From: Paraburkholderia sp.
GTDB lineage: Bacteria; Pseudomonadota; Gammaproteobacteria; Burkholderiales; Burkholderiaceae
NCBI RefSeq assembly: GCF_049581445.1
Contig: NZ_JBAURZ010000343.1
Location: 39-64,038 of the forward strand
Length of the DNA: 64,000 bases
Direction of reading: 5' to 3'
Made by a program: the position numbers and the translations under genes. Of this stretch, positions 1 through 5,306 are shown piece by piece. Under the pieces are notes generated by a model that was given only the letters and a program-made list of their open reading frames with translations, was not told the DNA's origin and ran no database searches. Position 1 is the first letter of the stretch. Every line of letters starts with the position of its first letter.

Positions 1-277
1 CCGGGGGCGCTCGACCCGTCACAGTGTTTGAACGCCGAGCCTGATGTGCGGTAGCTCGTCCGTTACAAAGGGATCCCGGTGGCGGTGCCCGCCACGGAAA
101 TGGCACAGGAAGATGAGCGGCGTGCCCGCTTCTGCACCGGGGAGCCTTTACGCGTAACGAATTCCGCTGGGCTGGACGAAACGGGTAGAGCGGTGCTGGG
201 TAGAAGGGTGGACCGACCCCTGCGAACCCGCAGCACCGGTCCCCCTTGGTAAAGCGTCGTGAACTGACGCCACCTGT

Positions 278-383
278 CAGAGATTGATCCTTTTGCGCTC
301 ACCTTTGATCCATTCGGGACTGGGAGAACGTAACGCCTCAACTTAAAGTTGCGGCTCCTATCCACACATCGAAGGAACCCTTC
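278..383 (+). promoter_or_regulatory. Conserved ~106-nt upstream cassette, copy A (ends at the ohr copy 1 start codon)
   Basis: Aligns without gaps to 1994..2099 (about 80% identical by hand count) and to 4550..4655. It contains direct repeats TTGATCC at 284 and 305 (21 bp start-to-start), the AT-rich block ACTTAAAGTT at 341..350, and SD-like GAAGGA. Confidence 0.6.
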
Positions 384-830
384 ATGACGAAGATCGATCA
401 AGTCCTCCAGTCAGGCAACAGTCACGCCACGGTTAATCGTGACCCCAACGTCCCGCGCGGTGAGTACGGCGCCCTTGACCTCAAGCTGTCAGCGTCCAGC
501 AATGAAGATCGCGAGTTCATCGGCACCGGACTGCACCCGAGAGCCGAGCAACTGTTTTCGGGCGCGTGGTCGGCCTGTTACATCAGCGCGTTCGAGATTG
601 CAGCCTCAATGAAGAAGGTCACGCTGCCGTCCGACTACTCCTTGGACATCCAGGTGAGCATTGGGTCGGTTGGGGCAGGCCATTGCCTTGGTGCCCAGTT
701 CACCATCCGCGCGCCGGGTCTGGCCAAGGAAGTCGTCGAGTCACTCGCGCACCAGGCCCATCAACTCTGCCCGTACTCGAAGGCTGTGCGCGGCAACATC
801 GAGGTCGGCCTGAACGTTATTACGGTGTGA
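384..830 (+). CDS. ohr: Organic hydroperoxide resistance protein Ohr (OsmC/Ohr family), copy 1, sublineage I
   Basis: 148 aa. Ohr catalytic signature: Arg in 'TVNRDP', Glu plus peroxidatic Cys in 'AEQLFSGAWSACY', resolving Cys in 'LCPYSKA'. Sublineage marker 'SIGSVGAGHCLGA'. Confidence 0.9.
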   Translation: MTKIDQVLQSGNSHATVNRDPNVPRGEYGALDLKLSASSNEDREFIGTGLHPRAEQLFSGAWSACYISAFEIAASMKKVTLPSDYSLDIQVSIGSVGAGHCLGAQFTIRAPGLAKEVVESLAHQAHQLCPYSKAVRGNIEVGLNVITV

Positions 831-910
831 TCGGATAAGCCATGCGGATTTCGCCAAATAGCTTTTGGAGAATCTGGACACCGCAAGCCTGTTAGTCACG
901 CCCATTTAAT

Positions 911-922
911 ATCGCATGCGAT
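911..922. promoter_or_regulatory. Perfect 12-bp palindrome ATCGCATGCGAT, candidate OhrR operator upstream of ohr copy 2
   Basis: The identical 12-mer recurs at 55911..55922 (upstream of ohr copy 4) and 57683..57694 (upstream of ohrR copy 2). It directly abuts the -10-like hexamer TTTAAT (905..910). Confidence 0.45.
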
Positions 923-1034
923 GACATCGTATCCGATGTATAACCGGGGATATTTACCGCCCCATGCAACGCGTGCGAGCACATGGCATGCGCTTTAAAG
1001 ACGCTTAATACCCTTATTAACGAAGGAATTCATC

Positions 1035-1481
1035 GTGGAAAAGATCGAAAAAGTTCTCGCCTCAGGCAACACCCACTCTACGGTCAATCGCGACCCCAAG
1101 CTCCAGCGCGGCGAGTTTGGCGTCTTTGACCTCAAGCTGACAGCACCCGGCGTTGAAGACGTCGAGTTCATCGCCACCGAACCGCACCCGACAGCAGAGA
1201 AGTTGTTTGCTGGCGCCTGGTCGGCCTGTTACACCACCGTGTTTGGGATTGTGGCCTCGATGAAGAAGGTTACGCTACCGGTCGACTACTCCGTGGACAT
1301 CACGGTCAACATTGGGCAGACCGGTGCCGCGTGGTTCCTCGGCGCCGAGTTTACCGTTCGTGTGCCGGGTCTGGCTCAGGACGTCGTCGAGGAACTCGCG
1401 CACCTGACTCATCAGATCTGCCCGTACTCGAAGTCCGTGCGAGACAACATCGAGGTCAGCACGCGCATCGTCACGGTGTGA
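1035..1481 (+). CDS. ohr: Ohr, copy 2, sublineage II (GTG start)
   Basis: 148 aa. Motifs: 'TVNRDP', 'AEKLFAGAWSACY', 'ICPYSKS'. Sublineage marker 'NIGQTGAAWFLGA' is shared with copy 4. SD-like GAAGGA upstream. Confidence 0.9.
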   Translation: MEKIEKVLASGNTHSTVNRDPKLQRGEFGVFDLKLTAPGVEDVEFIATEPHPTAEKLFAGAWSACYTTVFGIVASMKKVTLPVDYSVDITVNIGQTGAAWFLGAEFTVRVPGLAQDVVEELAHLTHQICPYSKSVRDNIEVSTRIVTV

Positions 1482-1620
1482 TTCGATAAGGCGCGCGTGC
1501 CACCTACGTCTTTTAACGTCGGTGACTGTGCATCCCTCCGTCGCTGGGCTGTCGTGCATCGTCGCTCTTCATGCGCCGGCCACAGCGTCGGATGGGTCGT
1601 GGTTGAGTTACTAAAAGAGG

Positions 1621-1797
1621 ATGGAAGCAATGTTCAGTCATTTAGTGATCGGCACCAACGACCTGGAAAAAGCAAAACTTTTCTACGATGCGGTGCTGGG
1701 CGCGCGCAGCCATTGTGAAGGTCTCAGCGATAACAACGAAAAGCGGCGGCGCTATGTCTATATTACCGACACCGGGCTGTTTATCCTGAGTTACTGA
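1621..1797 (+). pseudogene. VOC/glyoxalase-family gene, N-terminal fragment only
   Basis: The 58-codon ORF 'MEAMFSHLVIGTNDLEKAKLFYDAVLGARSH..RRRYVYITDTGLFILSY*' matches the first beta-alpha-beta unit of ~125-aa VOC proteins. It stops where the DUF417-remnant sequence begins. It is shorter than the ORF-track cutoff. Confidence 0.5.
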
Positions 1798-1821
1798 CCG
1801 ACGTGGATTGGCTTCAGGCCC

Positions 1822-1930
1822 GGGGTGGCTGTGGCGCTACGTCCCGTTCCTGCTGATCGCCGCATCGGTTCATTTGCTGAAGCAGCGGGATCGCTTTAGT
1901 CCTCTTACGGCAAAACCGATACATCGGTAA
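1822..1930 (+). pseudogene. 3' remnant of a DUF417 (YkgB/RclC-like) gene
   Basis: The DNA is homologous to 4237..4330. It translates to '..VPFLLIAASVHLLKQRD..'. Compare the C-terminus of the intact DUF417 gene, 'FLLKDLVLLVVSVYLLKQDLARV' (12849..13382). There is a 1-nt deletion relative to the 4237 copy. Confidence 0.4.
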
Positions 1931-1993
1931 CCACACCGAGTACGCCGCGAACCGCCGAGCGCGGATCGTCGGGAAACGGATGTCGGCTACAGG

Positions 1994-2099
1994 CAGAGAT
2001 TGCTCCTTTTGAGCGCGCCTTTGATCCATTCACGACTCGTCGAGCGTAACGCCTCAATTTAAAGTTTGGGTTCCTATTCACCCATCGAAGGAATTCATC
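1994..2099 (+). promoter_or_regulatory. Conserved ~106-nt upstream cassette, copy B (ends at the ohr copy 3 start codon)
   Basis: Repeats TTGCTCC at 2000 and TTGATCC at 2021 (21 bp apart). AT block AATTTAAAGTT. The second repeat lies 79 nt from the ATG, as in copies A and C. Confidence 0.6.
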
Positions 2100-2537
2100 A
2101 TGGAAAAGATCGAAAAAGTTCTCGCCTCAGGCGACACCCACGCCACGGTCAATCGTGACCCCAATGTCAAGCCCGGCGCCCTCGACCTCAAGCTGTCGGG
2201 TCCGGGCGTTGAAAGCATGGAGTTCCTGGCCGCCGACCTGCACCCAAGAGCCGAGCAGCTGTTTTCGGGCGCGTGGGCGGGCTGTTACATCACAAATTTC
2301 GGCAGGGTGGCCGCGATGAAGAAGGTCACGCTACCGTCCGACTATTCCGTGGACATCGACGTAAGCATTGGGTCGGCCGGTGGCGGGTATTGCCTGGGAG
2401 CCGAGTTCACCGTCCGCGTGCCGGGTCTGGCAACGGAAGTCGTCGAGGAGCTCGCACAGCTGACCCACCAGAACTGCCCGTATTCGAAGGCTGTGCACGG
2501 CAACATCGAGATCAGCATGAATATCGTCACGGTGTGA
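2100..2537 (+). CDS. ohr: Ohr, copy 3, sublineage I
   Basis: 145 aa. Motifs: 'TVNRDP', 'AEQLFSGAWAGCY', 'NCPYSKA'. Sublineage marker 'SIGSAGGGYCLGA', as in copy 1. Confidence 0.9.
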   Translation: MEKIEKVLASGDTHATVNRDPNVKPGALDLKLSGPGVESMEFLAADLHPRAEQLFSGAWAGCYITNFGRVAAMKKVTLPSDYSVDIDVSIGSAGGGYCLGAEFTVRVPGLATEVVEELAQLTHQNCPYSKAVHGNIEISMNIVTV

Positions 2538-2681
2538 TCGGATAAGGCACGCGCGTCTCATCAGACATCGTTTCACATCGGTGATTGTGCATCGCTCCGT
2601 CGCCGGGCCGTCGCGCATCGTCGCTCTTCATGCACGTCGGGCACAGCATCGGATGCCAGGCACCGGCCAAAGAGGATACAG

Positions 2682-3203
2682 ATGAAATCCAAGGATCAAC
2701 CGGCACCCACAAATCCGACGCTCGCCGACTACCTGTGTTTTGCGGTTTACTCCGCGAACCTGGCGTTCGGCAAGGGATACAAGCCGATACTAGAAGTGCT
2801 TGGGCTCACTTACACGCAATACATCACGATTGTTGCGCTTTGGGAGGGAGGCAACCAGACCGTCGGCGGTCTGGGCGAGAAGCTTTTTCTCGAATCCAAC
2901 ACGCTTACGCCGATCCTGAAGAAGCTCGAGTTGATGGGTTATCTGGAAAGGCAGCGCGATCCCGCAGACGAGCGTCAAGTGCGGGTCAAGCTCACGAAAG
3001 ACGGTCGACGGCTGCGCGAAAAAGCCCTGACTATGGATCTCTCTGAGGCGACTGGCCTCGCGCCAGACAAATTCGCTATAGTGCAGAAGGCGATCGTGGC
3101 GCTGCGGGACAATCTTATTAACTCAGTCCAAAACGGCGAAAGAGCGCTTAACGCTCGTATTGCGGCTATGAATGGGGATGTCCGACATGGAATACCAGAC
3201 TGA
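2682..3203 (+). CDS. ohrR: MarR-family organic hydroperoxide sensor/repressor OhrR, copy 1 (1-Cys type)
   Basis: 173 aa. N-terminal sensing Cys in 'DYLCFAVYSANLAF' and winged-helix 'TYTQYITIVALWE..TVGGLGEKLFLESNTLTPILKKLE'. It has only one Cys in the whole protein. It carries a ~20-aa C-terminal extension compared with copy 2. Confidence 0.85.
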   Translation: MKSKDQPAPTNPTLADYLCFAVYSANLAFGKGYKPILEVLGLTYTQYITIVALWEGGNQTVGGLGEKLFLESNTLTPILKKLELMGYLERQRDPADERQVRVKLTKDGRRLREKALTMDLSEATGLAPDKFAIVQKAIVALRDNLINSVQNGERALNARIAAMNGDVRHGIPD

Positions 3204-4203
3204 CTGGCTCACCCGGTTCATGGAACTCGTGACCGTCACCGGGAAACTGCAAACTCGGTGTGCGTTGGGAGCACCGTGGGCAAAAAAATACACCCAGGCC
3301 GGAGCTCAGGAAATACCGTATCACATCATCTTGGCCGGCAAGGCCATACTCGAGAATTCGGATGATGGTGCAACCTATGAATTACGGGCGGGCGACATCG
3401 TGTTACTGCCGCACGGTTCGGCGCATGTGTTGCACGACGGTAGCGGCGTGGCACCGGTTCCGTCCAAGGAACGTGCTTCGGGCAGTTTCCTTGTTAGCGA
3501 AAATGGTGGCACTGGCGAGGCGCTGGACATGTTGTGCGGGCGATTTTTCGTCGCGCCGCCTCATGACCGGTTAATCCGCAGCTATCTTCCGTCGGAACTC
3601 GTGGTACGCACCGAAGACATCGGCACCGCTGCACAGAGCCTGCCACAGGCCGAACGTCTGAGTCGGCTCGTCGCGCTCATGCGCGCCGAGGCGATGGACA
3701 ACGCAGTGGGCGGCGGCGCGATCCTTAACGCGCTTTCGTCTGCGCTGTTTGCGTTGACGCTGCGGGCGGCCGGTGAGGCCGGTCAGGCACGTACCGGGAT
3801 GCTGGCGCTCGCCGCTCATCCAAGGCTCGCGCCTGCGGCCGCTGCAATGTTTAACGACCCAGCTCGAGCGTGGACGCTTCCCGAACTGGCCGAAATATGC
3901 TGCATGTCGCGCGCCACGCTCATGCGGCAGTTTCAGGCCAGTCTTGGCCACTCCGTGATGGATCTGCTGACCGATATCCGAATAAGCGCCGCTGCGAACG
4001 CCCTGCGAAAATCTACATCGTCCACCGAGGCAGTTGCTGATCTCGTCGGGTACCAGTCGGTGTCTGCGTTTCGGCGCGTGTTTACTGAGCGGATGGGGAT
4101 GACGCCGGGCGACTGGCGGCAGCACGCGCTTAAGGGTGGCGCACCGCATTTATCGGATGACGAGTCAGGCGGAGTTGGGGATCGCGATCGCGCGAGCGAG
4201 TGA
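3172..4203 (+). CDS. AraC-family regulator with N-terminal cupin-type domain, RclR-like
   Basis: 343 aa. C-terminal AraC HTH: 'WTLPELAEICCMSRATLMRQFQ..SVSAFRRVFTERMGMTPGDWR'. The N-terminus 'TRCALGAPW..IPYHIILAGKA' and 'LDMLCGRFF' resemble E. coli RclR around its two redox Cys (recalled from memory). The start is uncertain (ATG at 3172, 3178 or 3187). It overlaps the ohrR stop. Confidence 0.75.
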   Translation: MGMSDMEYQTDWLTRFMELVTVTGKLQTRCALGAPWAKKYTQAGAQEIPYHIILAGKAILENSDDGATYELRAGDIVLLPHGSAHVLHDGSGVAPVPSKERASGSFLVSENGGTGEALDMLCGRFFVAPPHDRLIRSYLPSELVVRTEDIGTAAQSLPQAERLSRLVALMRAEAMDNAVGGGAILNALSSALFALTLRAAGEAGQARTGMLALAAHPRLAPAAAAMFNDPARAWTLPELAEICCMSRATLMRQFQASLGHSVMDLLTDIRISAAANALRKSTSSTEAVADLVGYQSVSAFRRVFTERMGMTPGDWRQHALKGGAPHLSDDESGGVGDRDRASE

Positions 4204-4353
4204 ATGTGGGACCACCCGGCGAGCGTCCGGGTTCGGGGTGGCTGTGGGGGCAACGTCCCGTTCCTGATGAAGGACGTCGTGCTGGTCGCTGCATCAGTTT
4301 TTTTACTGAAGCAGGATCTCGAGCGGGGCCGTGTCTCTTCGAAGAGAGCCTAA
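4204..4353 (+). pseudogene. 3' remnant of a DUF417 (YkgB/RclC-like) gene (49-codon ORF)
   Basis: Translation: '..GGCGGNVPFLMKDVVLVAASVFLLKQDLERG..'. This matches only the last ~45 residues of the intact DUF417 protein. Its ATG directly follows the AraC stop (TGAATG). Confidence 0.5.
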
Positions 4354-4549
4354 GTCGAACGGACCTTATGTGCGCCCTCCGCCACGTATCGCCCTGGTCT
4401 TTCCACGCCTGGCGGCGATGCGCCATTTCGTCCCCTTGAACGTTGTCTTGCATTGAGTGTCTGCCCCAATGCCGCGCGCCGCTGGACGTCGAAGGGGGCG
4501 TGCGCCTTTGCGGCAGGCGAATTGTCGGGAGGTGGATGCTGGTTGCAGC

Positions 4550-4655
4550 CTGAGATTGATCCTTACGAGCACGCCTTTGATGCATTCACGACTCGGCGAA
4601 CGTAATGCCTTAATTTAAAGTTTCGACTCCTAACCACGCACGGAAGTAATCCAAA
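4550..4655 (+). promoter_or_regulatory. Conserved ~106-nt upstream cassette, copy C (ends at the AhpD-like start codon)
   Basis: Repeats TTGATCC at 4556 and TTGATGC at 4577 (21 bp apart). AT block AATTTAAAGTT. The second repeat lies 79 nt from the ATG. Confidence 0.6.
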
Positions 4656-5195
4656 ATGAGCCGTATCTCCGTACCCGACGTCGCATCCGCCACTGGTGCC
4701 GTTGCCGAAGCCCATGCCGTGACCAAAAAACTGACGGGTGGAGTTGTTCCGAATCTGTTTGCCGCGGTCGGGGCTCTGTCCCCCGATGTCCTCAAGGCCT
4801 ATATGAATGCTGAAATGGTTCTTGGTGCAGGCACGATTGGCGATAAGGATACCGAAACGATCAAGGTTATCGTCAGCGAACTGAACGGCTGCGACTATTG
4901 CGTTGGCGCGCACGTCATGCTGGGGAAAATGGTGGGCCTTTCGCCAGAATCGATCAAGCAAATCCGCGCATGCAATCCCACGGGGGACGCAAAGCGTGAT
5001 GCGCTAGTGCAGTTTGTGCGGCTCATTCAGCAGAGCAGCGGCACGATCACTGTTGAGCAGTTGGCGGCAGTCAGGGCGGCCGGTTACAGCCATGAGCAAC
5101 TGGTTGAAATTGCGCTCGCGATCGCACTGACGGTGTTTACCAATACCTTCAATCGTATCAACGACACGACGCTAGACGTGCCGTACGCGGATTGA
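4656..5195 (+). CDS. AhpD-like alkylhydroperoxidase / carboxymuconolactone decarboxylase family protein
   Basis: 179 aa with the AhpD-core CxxC..H motif 'NGCDYCVGAH'. Confidence 0.8.
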   Translation: MSRISVPDVASATGAVAEAHAVTKKLTGGVVPNLFAAVGALSPDVLKAYMNAEMVLGAGTIGDKDTETIKVIVSELNGCDYCVGAHVMLGKMVGLSPESIKQIRACNPTGDAKRDALVQFVRLIQQSSGTITVEQLAAVRAAGYSHEQLVEIALAIALTVFTNTFNRINDTTLDVPYAD

Positions 5196-5306
5196 TGTAG
5201 AGGGCGACGCAACGAAGCTGAGTGCGTTCGACGGTTCGACCGTCAGGTCGTCCGTCAGCAACGAAACCTGTAATCAAGTGCATCTGCACCCAATTGGACT
5301 GTCACT

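Noticed and set aside
278-383. The cassette as a riboswitch or structured 5'-UTR RNA
   Set aside because: The best hairpin I could draw (GCC-U-CAAC-UUAAA-GUUG-C-GGC in copy A, 336..356) is not preserved in copies B and C. Substitutions there break pairs rather than co-vary. The fixed 21-bp repeat spacing fits a DNA-binding site better. This was not formally tested (no folding software).
63-401. Minus-strand ORFs crossing each copy of the conserved cassette (63..401, 1814..2029, 4130..4585), whose N-termini look similar to one another ('M(I/D/H)..R..E/K.. '), hinting at a conserved small protein
   Set aside because: The similarity is simply the reverse translation of the duplicated DNA. The ORFs differ in length and frame continuation, lack an SD, and have non-protein-like composition. 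The conservation ends at the plus-strand start codons, which argues for a plus-strand regulatory role.
3571-4149. 192-aa minus-strand ORF inside the AraC-like gene, and 38594..39352 (252 aa) inside the persulfide dioxygenase gene
   Set aside because: Both are antisense to genes with clear catalytic or HTH motifs and have Arg-rich composition. They are artefacts.
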